Positions 1 through 12,111 are shown, numbered from the stretch's first letter. The stretch: 64,000 bases of DNA from Chiloscyllium plagiosum (GCF_004010195.1 NC_057719.1:43502619-43566618); one strand, 5' to 3'. Numbers and translations are program-made. The notes: a model not told the origin generated them from the letters alone.

Positions 1-328
1 GGCGAAGGCGGCGGAAGAATTGTTCGATGTGGCGAAGGCGGCGGAAGAATTGTTCGATGTGGCGAAGGCGGCGGAAGAATTGTTCGATGTGGCGAAGGCG
101 GCGGAAGAATTGTTCGATGTGGCGAAGGCGGCGGAAGAATAAGGCACGGAGGCGAAGGCGGCGGAAGAATTGTTCGATGTGGCGAAGGCGGCGGAAGAAT
201 TGTTCGATGTTACCCAGAATACCCAGAATATCCCTACTACCCGTCTTGATTGAAGAAGAAGGCACGGAGGCGAAGGCGGCGGAAGAATTGTTCGATGTGG
301 CGAAGGCGGCGGAAGAATTGTTCGATGT
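1..328 (-). repeat. Reiterated 30-bp unit derived from a Penelope-like element ORF, interleaved with duplicated host CR1 sequence
   Basis: Eight identical copies of GGCGAAGGCGGCGGAAGAATTGTTCGATGT (starts 1, 31, 61, 91, 151, 181, 269, 299) plus a partial copy (121-140). On the minus strand, unit plus flank reads IEQFFRRLRLRAFFFNQD, resembling the N-terminal D-x-E-x-FFRRLRL motif I recall from vertebrate PLE ORFs. Confidence 0.75.
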
Positions 329-570
329 TACCCAGAATACCCAGAATATCCCTACTACCCTTATTGTACAGGGGGGCAACATGAGCAACCCTTCAGTCCT
401 CCGGCACCTCACCTGTATTTAAGGATGCCACAAAGATATCTGGTAGGGCCCCAGCCATTTCCTCTCTCGCCTCCCTAAGCAACCTGGGATAGGTCCCATC
501 CGGTCCTAGGGATTTATCCACTTTAATAACCTCTAGCCTACCCAACACATCTTCCCTACTTATATCAACA
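329..570 (-). mobile_element. CR1-type LINE ORF2 fragment
   Basis: ORF 393..593 (LEVIKVDKSLGPDGTYPRLLREAREEMAGALPDIFVASLNTGEVPED) matches the CR1 KSPGPDGIxPRxLRE...GEVPEDW region. Confidence 0.85.
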
Positions 571-613
571 ACATATAGAGGGATATGGGCCAAATGCAGG
601 CAAGTGGGACTGA

Positions 614-1330
614 TTATTTGGAGGAGCAGTGTTTGACTGGGGTTACAAAGTTAAAAATCGCATAACACCAGATAACAGTCCAACAAGTTTATTTGGAAGC
701 GCTAGCTATCAGAACGCTGCTCCTTCATCACATGGTTGGGGAGTATAAGTTCATAACACACAGAATTTATAGTAAAAGTTTACAGTGTGATGAAACTGAA
801 ATTATATATTGACAAAGACCTAGGTTGTTTGTTAAGTCTCTCATCTTTTAGAATGACTATGTTTCAGTTCTTTCATATATAAATCCCAGAACTATTTTTT
901 TTAAAAGTTACATTCTCAAGTGAACTTTAACAATAGGTGCCATGTCGTCTCAGATAATACAGTGCGGTGCCCTGTGTGAGGCTGTCTGTGCCTCAATAAT
1001 CAGATTGATTTTATTTCTAATAAAGGGATTTATAGAATCTTACATGAATTTTTGAGCAAAATAAAACAGAACTCTGTAAATACAAATTCACCCCACGAAC
1101 ACCTGTGTGTGCATGTGTGTGTGTGTGTGTGTGTAAATGGATACAAGTCTGAGAGAGGGTGTGCGTGAGTGTATGAGACAGAGTCTGCATGAGTGTTTGG
1201 GTCTGCAGGAGAGTGAACGAGCGAGTGAGTGAGTCTAGGTATGTAGTGCAGTTGGATCACCCATAGTGTGACATGAACCCAAGGTCCCAGTTGAGGCCAT
1301 CCCCATGGATACCAAAATTGGCACAAATTG
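614..1330 (-). mobile_element. Non-autonomous Penelope-like element fragment (pLTR with degenerate hammerhead, (GT)n tract)
   Basis: Reverse-complement homologue of 48505-48905, 34860-35340 and 52712-53170; degenerate hammerhead core at about 700-735. Confidence 0.6.
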
Positions 1331-1386
1331 CCAAAGTGGGACTAGTTTAGCCTGGAAATTTGGTCCGCATGGACGAGCTGAACAAA

Positions 1387-1565
1387 AGGTAGACAAGCAG
1401 GAGGCTGGAAGAACACAGCAAGCCAGGCAGCACCAGGAGATGGAGAAGTAACACACAAATGTTGACTTGTCCACCTCCTGATGCTGTCTAGCTTGCTGTG
1501 TTCTTCCAGCCTCTTGTATGTCTACCTTGGATTCCAGCACCTGCAGTTTTTTTTTTGTCTCTAAC
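1387..1565. mobile_element. Short fold-back PLE-derived element (hammerhead cores deleted)
   Basis: Inverted arms GTAGACAAGCAGGAGGCTGGAAGAACACAGCAAG / CTTGCTGTGTTCTTCCAGCCTCTTGTATGTCTAC; same family as 32991-33205 and 61261-61466. Confidence 0.65.
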
Positions 1566-2262
1566 TGAGTTAGACCAAAGTGTTGGTTTCTATGCTGAAT
1601 GATGAATAACACAGCACATCAACATCACATCTGTGACCTCACAAGCATCAAGCCCAATTACGAGTCACCTTAACCAGTGAAATTTAAAGGACAGAGAAAG
1701 CAGAACAAATTAAAAAGAAAAACAGGGTCTTAGCAATGAACTAAAACCTGATAATAACAGAAAGAAAAGATAAAGAGTGAAGTGAGAGAGAAAAATAGTA
1801 CAGAACAAAGAACAAGCAAAAATACAAGATCTTGACAATGCAGCTGCTTTTGCAAACTGTAGCATTAATCCTTAAGAGGTTATGAATGAATGGTAGGGTA
1901 GTCATGTGAAATGTAAGACATTCTCAAGGCATGAATTATTGAATCAGTATCACCACCAGGAACAATCAAAGTGCTTTCATCAGGATAGCTGGATGAAAAC
2001 AAAATCCATTTATTTTATCCACTACTACTCTGGCATGATATGACAGTTGTTGTCAAATCATTCATAATTTATATCTTCGATGGATGAAGTAGCTTTGCAT
2101 CCTAAAAATTACTGCCCTCAGTCACCAACAAGTGTATGAATGACAAGACATACATAAGAATATCAAGAAGTTCTTAAAAGACTTCGTTTTTAAGTAAAAC
2201 ATCTAGCAGAGATCCGCTATCTGCAGTATTCAGGGTTCCACAGTTTAACTATCACTTTTCTG

Positions 2263-2388
2263 ACAACCACCTGATGAAGGAGCAGCACTCCGAAAGCTAG
2301 TGCTTCCAAATAAACCTATTGGACTATAACCTGGTGTTGTGTGATTTTTAACTTTGAACATCCCAGTCCAACACCGGCACCTCCAAAT
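2263..2388 (+). mobile_element. Solo PLE pseudo-LTR with minimal hammerhead
   Basis: Flanked by TATCACTTTTCTG (2250-2262) and TATTACTTTTCTG (2389-2401); homologous to 48281-48411. Confidence 0.7.
2268..2302 (+). ncRNA. Minimal type I hammerhead ribozyme motif
   Basis: CAC-CTGATGA-A-GGAG(CAGCA)CTCC-GAAA-GC-TA-GTG: intact core, stem II, palindromic AGCT stem III, stem I CAC/GTG. Confidence 0.7.
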
Positions 2389-4451
2389 TATTACTTTTCT
2401 GGGCCATCAAACCTGAGTAGCAAGTCACGATCGTAATTCATATTACTTGGGTTCGTAAGACACAATGTAAACAGCCCCAAATGGCAGCAATGTGAAAAAT
2501 TCAGACAAAGCAAGCAAATACAGCAATTTAAGAAAATGTAATGAACTTTACTGGGAAGGTTCATGCCAAGTGTGCAATTCTTTTAAGGTTTAGTAAAACT
2601 ATCAGTAGAGGAGTACTGCAAATTGTTCAACAACCTGTAGCGAATTGGAATTCATGCCAAACCTCTCTGCCCCTGCAAGTCACAACAGATCCAGTAATTT
2701 ATTAGTGGTAAGAGTCAAAAGCTCAAATATTATTCCACCAATTTCTGACGCAAATACAATTATTTCTGAGGTATAAATCGTTTTGTTGTAGTAGTGTTGA
2801 CACTTTTGTATTATGGTATTGTGTCCAAAATCAGCTAGGCCCTGTAGATCAAAACTTCCCTGAAAGTATTAGCTATTTCTTGTATTGGTTGACATTAGTT
2901 ATAGAGCATAAAAAATGTTAAATTCAGAATTACCTGGAGATAGCTTATGAAATTTCAAAAATGGACATTTTGTAGATACATCAAGAAAATAAAGATAATT
3001 ACAAACATAATTTCAATAAGATCCTCCAGGTCCACTCAATTCCAGACATTATTACAACCTTGTGCAAATATGAGAAACAGAAGTGAAAGAGATGAATTCC
3101 AGATGAATTGGTGAGAGCAACTGCCCTCAGATCCAGGAACTCTAGCAAAATTTAAGTCAAGGGGAATCAGGGAGAAAACCCCTCACCGGCTGAGCTTATA
3201 CTTAACTCAAGAGGAAGACAGTTGTAGTTACTGAAGTCCAGTCATCCCAAGCCCACCAATACTGCACAAGCTCTTAGGACAGTTTCCTAGGTCTACTCAT
3301 CTCAGCAGCTTCATTAGTAAGACTGAAAGTGAGAAAATTACTGTTGACCGTACAGGGTTCAGTTCCATTTGTAAATCTCAGATTAAAAATCAGGCTGTGC
3401 CCACTTGCAGCAAAAAGTGTTGTTTCTCCTTTTCTCTAACACAAGGGTACCTTTTAAGCTTGTTCTCAGTAGGAACTTGATCATTTCATATTTGTTAGCC
3501 ATCCCTAGTCATAGTGAAGTGGTGGGCCTTTCCAGAAACACTCTAAGTGCTTGTGATTTGGGTGCACCTACAATGGTGTAATATGGGCAATTCAAGGTCT
3601 GTGAAAATGAAGGAATGAGATCGGTGTCCACATCAGGATTGAATAGGGCTTTAAGGGGACCTTGAATGTGATACTACACAATTGATATCCTTGCCCTTCT
3701 CGGTGACTAGAAAAAGTACTATCAAAGTAGCCTTGATGCACTGCTACAGCATGTTCTAATTTCAGTCTATATAGCTAACTCAGTGCACCACTGAAGGAGG
3801 TGATGGAAATTGTCTAGATGGTGTCAAACCTCTTGACTATTCTAACTGCTTCCAACCAGTAGAATACGGATTATTCCTCTCCTTATTTGAACTATGTAGT
3901 TTAGAAAGATTTTGATGAATTAAAAAGTGTATCACTCATTAAAGTACTTAGCCTCTGTCCTATTCTTGTATTGAGAGTTGACATGCGTTGCACAGTTCAG
4001 ATGGCTAAGAATGATATCACTGGTTAGGTACGCAGCAACAGTGATTTTGTTTAAAGTTTTATTGGAGACATTTCCGTGCTTTTCCTGGTTCAAGGTGATC
4101 ATTGTCTAGCCAGTCGTGCAGCACAGATAGTGCCTGCTCTTATTTAGTGCAGGTCTAGTTATCATCTATGCCCTCTTGTCGACTATCACAGGCAGATTCT
4201 TTGCTGGAGAATTGATGATTGCAGTGAATATTAACAAACAATCCAATGCCTAATCTAACTTTGGACAGATGATATAGTTGAAGCAATTGAATGTAGTTGC
4301 TGAGCATTTGCTGAAGTAGTAGAATTTAATATGGCTGAACATACTTCCCTGGAAGATTCATACATCAATATTGTTGCATTGCTGTGATTGGTGTATTGAC
4401 AACCTACTTTGTATCTAGGATAATTTCAGAAATTGTGAACATACAAGGTAA

Positions 4452-5351
4452 AGTTAGTAAGTCTGCAGATGACACCAAAGTTGGAGGCGTAGTGGACAGT
4501 GAAGAAGGTTAACTCAGAGTACGATGGGATCTTGATCAGATGGGCCAACAGGCTAAGGAGTGCAGATGGAATTCAAATTAGATAAATGCAAGGTACTGCA
4601 TTTTGGAAAAGCAAATTACAGCAGGTCTTATACACTTAACAGTAAGGTCCTGAGACTGTTGCTGAACAAAGAGACCTTGGATTGCAAGTTCACAGTTCCT
4701 TGAAAGTGGAGTTGCAGGTAGACAGGATAGTGAAGGCAGCGTTTGGTATGCTTTCCTTTATTGGGCAGAGCAGTGAGTATAGGAGTTGGAAGATCACGTT
4801 GCAGCTGTACAGAACATTGGTTTGGCCACTGTTGGAATATTGCGAGCAATTCTGGTCTCCTTCCTATCGGAAGGATGTTGTGAAACTTGAAAGGGTTCAG
4901 AAAAGATTTACAAAGATGTTGCCAGAGTTGGAGGATTTGAGCTATAGGGAGAGGCTGAACAGGCTGGGGCTGTTTTCCCTGGTGTGTCGGAGGCTGAAGG
5001 GTGACCTTATAGAGGTTTTAAAATCATGAGGGGTATGGAGAGGGTAAATAGACAAGGTATTTTCCCTGGAATGGGGGAGTGCAGAACTAGAGAGCATAGG
5101 TTTGAAGGCGAGAGGGGAAGGTATAAAAGGGACCACTTTTTCACAGACAGGTTGGTGTGTGGAGAGGATGAGCTGTCACAGGCAGTGGTGGACTATATTT
5201 AAAAGGCCTCTGGATGGGTATGTGAATAGGAAGCGTTTAGAGGGATATGGGCTAAGTGCTGGCAAATGGGCCTAGATTAGGTTAGGATATCTGGTCGGCA
5301 TGAACAAATTGCACCGAAGGGTCTGTTTCCATGCTGTACATCTCTGTGACT
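4452..5351 (+). mobile_element. CR1 LINE 3' fragment (RT C-terminus and 3' UTR)
   Basis: ADDTK motif; ORF 4682..5029 with LYRTLVWPLLEYCEQFWSP and LERVQKRFTKMLP; typical CR1 3' end. Confidence 0.9.
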
Positions 5352-6558
5352 TTAAATTGGATGACTTGCCCATTAACCACTGCTTTCCACTTCAATTGCA
5401 AGAATCTCAAATTTTGTGAGGGATCTTTGGTGTTGTACTCAATCAAATGTTGCTTTGAGATAAATGGCAGCTGCTCACACCTCTCTTTTGGAATTCAGCT
5501 TTTGTATCTATATTTGGCTCAAGACTGCATTGAGGGTTGACAGAGTACAAGCTTACCATCAACAAACAAGCTACTGACATCACCACTTTATGGCAGTATT
5601 GATGACTTGTACTTTCAGTTCACTGATGGCTGCATGAAAGCAGATAGCCCAGATACCAGCTAGGTTAGAATTGTCTTATTGTGCATGGATAGGACATACT
5701 AGGGTAATCATGAACACTGCTGGGGTAGAGGCCAAAGTCAGACTATATTAGAACAACTTGGCTAGTGAAGTAGTCAGAAATAGTACACAAGTCTTCAGCA
5801 CTGCAGACAGATGGTTGTTCAGGCCTGCAACTTTTTTTTTCCCCAAACAGTGAGCTTAGCTGTGCACTTTACATTGTTATCCTAAGACCAGCTAATGCAT
5901 AATAAATCAAACTTAAATCTGTTGGCCTTCATTATTCACTAATATAATTATGCACATCACTATTTTCATTAAAGATAAAAGAGATTGCAGTTGGTTATCA
6001 CATATCAATTTGAATTGGGTGGTCTTGGAAAGTTGAAAGCAAAAAGAAACGTACTTCCCCATGTGAAAGAGGGTGTTGCCACATCTACAGTTCCTGCAGC
6101 CAGCAGCAATGCACAAATGGCATTGGTAAAAATATGACATTAATATATCTTGAAACAGAACTTCTTTATTAAAAGAAATGAGAAATAATAAATCCAACTA
6201 AAATATAGTCAATTAATAAATTTACAGAATTTATTTCATAAATTGTTTAGCACGTGTTAGATCCAACACTCATGAAATATTAAGACTTTAACAGACATCT
6301 TATAACAGGAGTTATACCCGAAATGTTGATTTCTCCACCTCCTGATGCTGCCTGGCTTGCTGCGTTTTTCCAGCCTCCTACTTGTCTATTCTCTAACAGG
6401 AAGCTATAATTCACAGCCAATGTAACAGGGATCTTTACCAGTTATGTGCCATTCTTTACACTTCATGTCTGCAATTGTTGCAATGTAACTATATTTCACA
6501 GCAATTAACTAAACCAACTCTATGACTCTATGACAGTGCTTGCCCTAAAGCACATTTT

Positions 6559-6673
6559 CGAGGAGAAAGTGAGGTCTGCAGATGCTGGAGAAGGGCCTGT
6601 GCCCGAAACGTCGAATCTCCTGTTCCCTGGATGCTGCCTGACCTGCTGTGCTGTTCCAGCAATAAAGTTTCAA
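6559..6673 (+). mobile_element. Short young PLE-derived insertion with inverted 5' segment
   Basis: Perfect 14-bp TSD CTAAAGCACATTTT (6545-6558, 6674-6687); 6591-6675 identical to 25871-25955. Confidence 0.8.
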
Positions 6674-9131
6674 CTAAAGCACATTTTGCAAACAGACACC
6701 TATTTTAAATGCCCCATTTTCCATTTGCAGTACAAGTAAGTATTTTTCTCCTAATAAAAAGTCCTATCAAAATATGAAAGCAAATTTGGAAGATCACAGC
6801 TACTGATGTTTATAGCAGTTGACAGTTTCATTTTCAGTCAACAAAAATGTTGAGTTGAACATGTTGTATTAGAAATTACAACTGCTTATTGTATTAGTAA
6901 CATCCTCTTATTTCTAAACATAATATTCAAAATAACTAAAATATTGAAACTTTCCAATTACAACAGTGATTACACATCAAAAGAATGTAATGAGCTGCAG
7001 AGTGTTCTGGGGTATCTTTAGGTTGTAAAGGGTATTGTGTAAATTGAAATCTCACTATGAAATAAGGGAGTCAAGCCAATGTCAGTAGTACAATTTTTGA
7101 TTGAAGCTTTCTACTTGTTGAATTTAAATCAGGTGCAGAGTAACCGCAGCCCAGTGTGAAGCCAATTTGGGCAGTCCACTGGACAAGTCCTTTGTTTTAA
7201 AAATTTGCTTAAACTGTAATTGTTAAGAGTCAATCCTATGTTTATATCATACACTCTTAACATCAAAGCACATCTGGGATCTAAAGGTATGCGTGGACAT
7301 CTATGGTCATTAAACAATGGAAACAAAGATGAGTTAAGCCTCGTATTTCCAGGTTATATTCTACAGAAGCAAGGTAGTGTTTGTGATGTATTTTAGTTCT
7401 AATCAACCAAACAAAATGAAACAAAATTACACAGCCATATTTGGAATGCACGTTATTAAAATGCATACCATAATGATGATTGCATATCAGATTTCCTTCA
7501 TGAGGAAGTTCTCATGAATGCATGCAATAACTGTTACATTTGATGTAGTGCTGCTTAAATTATATCTAAAAACATTTCCATTGGAGTTAAGAAAAATAAT
7601 TTGCTCAAATATTGAAAATGTTGAAATTTGCATTCTTACATAGTTCAACAAAAGATAGCTTAAATTGTACCTTCAAACATTTACTGAATCTATAAATGAC
7701 CTGTAAAGATGAAAAATTTATTTTTTGTATTCCTTTTAGGGATGTCACACAAATATCAGTACACGTGTATCAACCAAATTAGTTCTTGTACACCTGCAAA
7801 ATGTAGATAATATCTTAATTATTTCAAACATTTTTAATAAAAATATCACTTGTCAATAAGGGTATGTATTGCAATTTTTGTATAGAGATATATTGGACAG
7901 ATCTATGTTAAAAGAAAATGATCTTATAAAATACTACAGTATAACTTCAAAAATGTAAAGTATAGCTTTGGTTTAATAGGCAATTTAATATCAAACCTGT
8001 CTTATGCAGCAAGCTGTAAACACTCAAGTTATATTAAGATTTACATGTAGAATTCATTTTGTTTAATACTCAGAATCACAAAGGTTAGTTTCCAAGGCAC
8101 AATAAATTATATTCTGTAATAGTGGAAACTTTAGATGTATGGTCAGTAACAATATTGCAATTCTATTATGTATTCCAGCAATGTGGTCTTCAGCCACTCT
8201 GGAATACTTGTTGCTCATTTTACTAGTACAAAAGTACAATGTACCAAATCTGGTGCTACAAAAAAACAAATTAAAATGGATGTTTTAACCAAGATTATAT
8301 CCTGTTCAGAAAAAAAACACCATGTAAAGCTCATTATTCTTGTAACAAAACTACTTCAGCACAGCAATGACAATAGGTTTCTCATCAAATTTGAAAGTAC
8401 ATGTTATTTCTTTATCTCAAGTGGCCAAACCAAATACATGTCAACTTGTTCAACATTCTTTGATAAAGTGCTATTGCAATGTTAATGAAGAGCTTTGAGT
8501 TCCAGTGGTAAACTGCCAATCTAGATTCAAGTGATCTGCCTTGCACTAGTCTGTCTACAACATACTGTGTGGAAAAAATACTTTTGCATGTTTTTACAAG
8601 TAATTTAAAATTAAACAGACGGTATATCTGTACTGCAGTGTTTAAAATTGTAAAACCAGATTACTTCGGAGATTATATTCAGCATGCGCAGTAAGTCAAA
8701 AAGTCAAGGTTACCTGTGATGTTTCACGCGGAAGATCAAGATTTAATGTTGAAAGTAAACCAATCATCTGGATTCCTTTGATTTACATCAGAAATTAAAT
8801 GAAACCCAGCAACTTCTCTAATGTGACTTACCCTCCTATGTAAAATTCATGTAATCATTTAATTTTTGCTCTAAATCTACATATCATTTTCTTTGAAATC
8901 CTCAATAATTAATCAAAAATAGATCGAAAGAAGCCTGAATTAATTTGATAAAAGAAATACTGTAGTGGTACAATAATAACCTACCCTGTGTAGCCAAAAC
9001 ACCCTTACATAATTAAAATTCGAATGGTATTGATCACACGCTAACCGAATTTGAGATGTACAAGCTATACTCGACTTTATTATTATCTTCTTCCTAAAAC
9101 GCACTATTTAAACTATTTTAAAAAACGTTAC

Positions 9132-9209
9132 CTTGCGTAAAGCTGGTACAAAGAGCCCCCGCCATTTCAAACTGTTCTCTTCACTGAAGAAATCATAAGG
9201 CTGCTGCAT
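9132..9209 (-). CDS. SOS2: Son of sevenless homolog 2 (Ras/Rac GEF), coding exon 1
   Basis: aaagccATG start; [26 protein letters not shown] followed by donor gtaacg. Matches the SOS N-terminus (human SOS2 [29 protein letters not shown]). Position downstream of L2HGDH on the same strand matches human synteny. Not in the ORF track; later exons not found in the window. Confidence 0.93.
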
Positions 9210-9900
9210 GGCTTTTGGACACAAAACTCAGCATCGGCCTCGGCTCCAACCACACTCAAGGACCTCAGAACACAAACACTTCCTCTCCTCTTATTTTCAG
9301 GGTCAAATAATATTTCATCTCAAACGAGAGTCCGGACAACTTTCACATTCTTCAGCAGACGGGACGCGGAGCAGGAAAAGGAGGAAAGGATTGATCCGAC
9401 GGCCGAGTCGAGAGGTCACAGACATCCCTGGATCATTCCCTCACACGGCGCCGCTCCAACTTCACTCCGCTTTCGCTGCTCGATGAATCAAGTCTCCTCC
9501 CAGTTGACTCAAGTCTTGGTCGGACAAAACAATGCACGAGCGTCGGTTACGCACATTGCACAGTCACCGCGTGAAGAAACGCGCAACGCTCCGCGCTGTT
9601 GCCAAGCCGCGAGCGAGCTTCCCTGAGTGGAACGTGCCCGCTTCATTCTCCCCGGCAGCCCGTCAGGCCCATGTCGCCCCAGTGCACGCTCCAGCTCGAG
9701 GGGTCAGTCAGCGATCCCGGACCATTCTGAACACCGTGCGCACGCGCGGGCCTACGCGGCCCCTTAGCTTCCACACGAAAAGAACGCAAGGGCATTGCAT
9801 TGCACTTCACCCACTGTCCTACTCCGGCCGCTTCATTTTGTTGGAGGCGAGCAGACCACATCAATAAGAATGTCTTCCCTGTTCAAAAATGCACGGGCGT
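9210..9900 (-). promoter_or_regulatory. CpG island / SOS2 promoter and 5' leader
   Basis: Sharp local rise in CpG and GC content against a CpG-depleted background, immediately upstream of the SOS2 ATG; NRF1-type motif TGCGCACGCGCG at 9737-9748. Confidence 0.8.
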
Positions 9901-10644
9901 ACAGTAATACTAGTCGCTGAGAAATCTGAAAACAAACCATCTCCAGCAAATTCATATGACACTATGACTCAGAATTCGATACATTGTTTTCTTTGTGGGT
10001 ATGCAGATACGTATTCGCAATTTATGCAATTTTATTCAAAAAACAGAAATTGCTGCAAAAGCCCAGAATGTGCGCCGAGAAAGCAAATTCAACGTTTTGA
10101 ATCTAGTGATCTTACAGTCGTTTCTTTAAAATGTATTTTATGCAATTTTATTTCCAATCCTTATAAAGTATAAAATGTGTCACTTTGCATTAAGTGTTGC
10201 AGTGTGCAACAAATATCCTAGTCTTATATTAAATTGCTAATGCGTTCAACATACATTTTGGCAAATATTGAATAGATTTTAAAAAATAAATTCTGACCGA
10301 TAACATATGGTTATGCGTGAAACGTAGCCAATCCGCTGGATGTTCACACTTGCGGTTTATGACATCAAGTTGGTTTGTGGTTCAACCATCTGTAATTACA
10401 CTTAATTTACAAACAAGACTGAACATATAACTCAAAATAAATACGAGTAATTAATAGATGCATATCATCTACTCATAAAATAAACATTATTAAAGTAGTC
10501 TGACCCGCAATTGAATTTCACAACATACTTTAATAAAATAAGAGCAATATATTGCAGATACTGAAAATCTTAAATCTGAAAGCAATATTGGCAGCATCTG
10601 TGGAGAGGTAAACAGGAGATTAGCGTTTCAGGAGGTGAGATAAA

Positions 10645-11165
10645 AATATTGATTGATTGTTATTGCATACCGAGATACAACGAAAAGTGCTGTTTGTGTG
10701 CTATACAGGCATATCGTACAATACAAAGGGCATCCTGGTGTGGAACACAGTGCAGAAGATAGTATTGCAGTTGCAGGCATCGTGCACACACACACACACA
10801 CAGATCAGAATTAACATTTGAGAAGTCCATTCAAAAGTCTAATAACAGCAAGGAAGAAGCTGTTCTTGAATCTATTCCTACACGTATTCAAACTTTTATA
10901 TCTTCTTCCTGCCTGAAGAGAGTGGTAGAGATTATTTCCAGGGTAGGAGGAGTCTTTGGTTATGTTGGTTGCTTTCCCAAGGCAGTTGGAAGTATAGATG
11001 GAGTTGATGGATGGGAGGCTGGTTTGTGTGATAAACCGGGCTGTGTTCACAATTCTCTGTAGTTTCTTCTGATCTTGGGAAGAGCAGGTGCCAAACCAAA
11101 TTGTGAGGTAGGTTATACTTTCAATGGTACATCTATAAAAATTGGTAAGAGTCCTTGTGGACATG
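10645..11165 (-). mobile_element. Rex1/Babar-type LINE 3' fragment
   Basis: ORF 10811..11164: LTNFYRCTIESI...KKLQRIVNTA...GRRYKSL...RFKNSFF..AVIRLLN, the characteristic C-terminus of Rex1/Babar ORF2. Confidence 0.8.
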
Positions 11166-12111
11166 TGATTCTAAACAATCAAAAGAGACTAAGAAAGAGG
11201 AATAACAAAAGGGAAGTTCATTGATAGAGAGCTTCCCTCTTTCTTGCTGGGCTACTCCAGAACGGAAATGTTTTCAGACTTTCCTCCTCCTGTATCACTG
11301 GCATTACCATTTGTGACTGGATATGGCAGGACTGCAGAGCTTTGATTGAATCCAACGATTAAGAGATTGCTTAATTCGCTCTGTAGCACAGTTCTTCTCA
11401 TGCATGTGTCTGTTGTAAGGTTAACAGATTGGGCACCTCATAGTTAAGTATGCCTGATAATACGCCTTCTGCTCTCTCCTACACTCCTCATTGAATGTCA
11501 CTGAGTTCAAATAGAATATATGCCATTAACAAAATTTTGCAGAGTCATTCTTCAGCTTGATAGGTGATACATGGAACACAAATTGAACTTAAAAATAATA
11601 CATTGATTGTTTCATGTTGATAAGTTCTAAGTAGAGCAGAGATTGCAACACTTAGAAGGATGTGGAATAAAAGATACGGTGCAAGTGGCCCCCTTAATAG
11701 TCACCAATCAACTGATTGTGTCAAAGAAGAATTTTCCAAATAATTTTCCCCTTGGGACCTGGGATTTTCTAGCATTTTGCAGGTCTCACACAAGAGTACA
11801 CATGACTGTTAAGGCAGTGTTATGATATAACATTCCAGCTACCAAAGTGTGGGACAATTCTTAAATGAACCAACTGGTCGTTTTCATTTGTACTTACTGA
11901 TCAAAGCTTTCCCTTTACCAATTTTCTATATAGCTGCAGTGTAACAAAATTACAGTATTGGTTCAGTGGTAATAGAGACTTGTGAATGCGCACTAACAAT
12001 CTATGAAAATGCGAGCACATTATTTAGGATAACACAGTACCAGAGTAACAACTTTAAGCTATTTCTCAGATAGAAATAATAATTCCAATTAAATGTTGAA
12101 AGAATATTTTG

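Noticed and set aside
1-328. 30-bp repeats as a CRISPR array or a repeat-protein gene (ORF 27..422)
   Set aside because: Units are head-to-tail without unique spacers, there are no cas genes, and the context is vertebrate. The plus-strand ORF is a by-product of a stop-free 30-mer.
1-9131. Further SOS2 exons
   Set aside because: I found no match to the expected exon 2 peptide (VQxQVHP...) by eye; it probably lies left of the window.
9208-9867. ORFs 9208..9486, 9532..9867 and 9643..9864 as genes
   Set aside because: These are stop-poor frames in a GC-rich island with no recognisable protein; the real coding exon is 9209-9132 on the minus strand.
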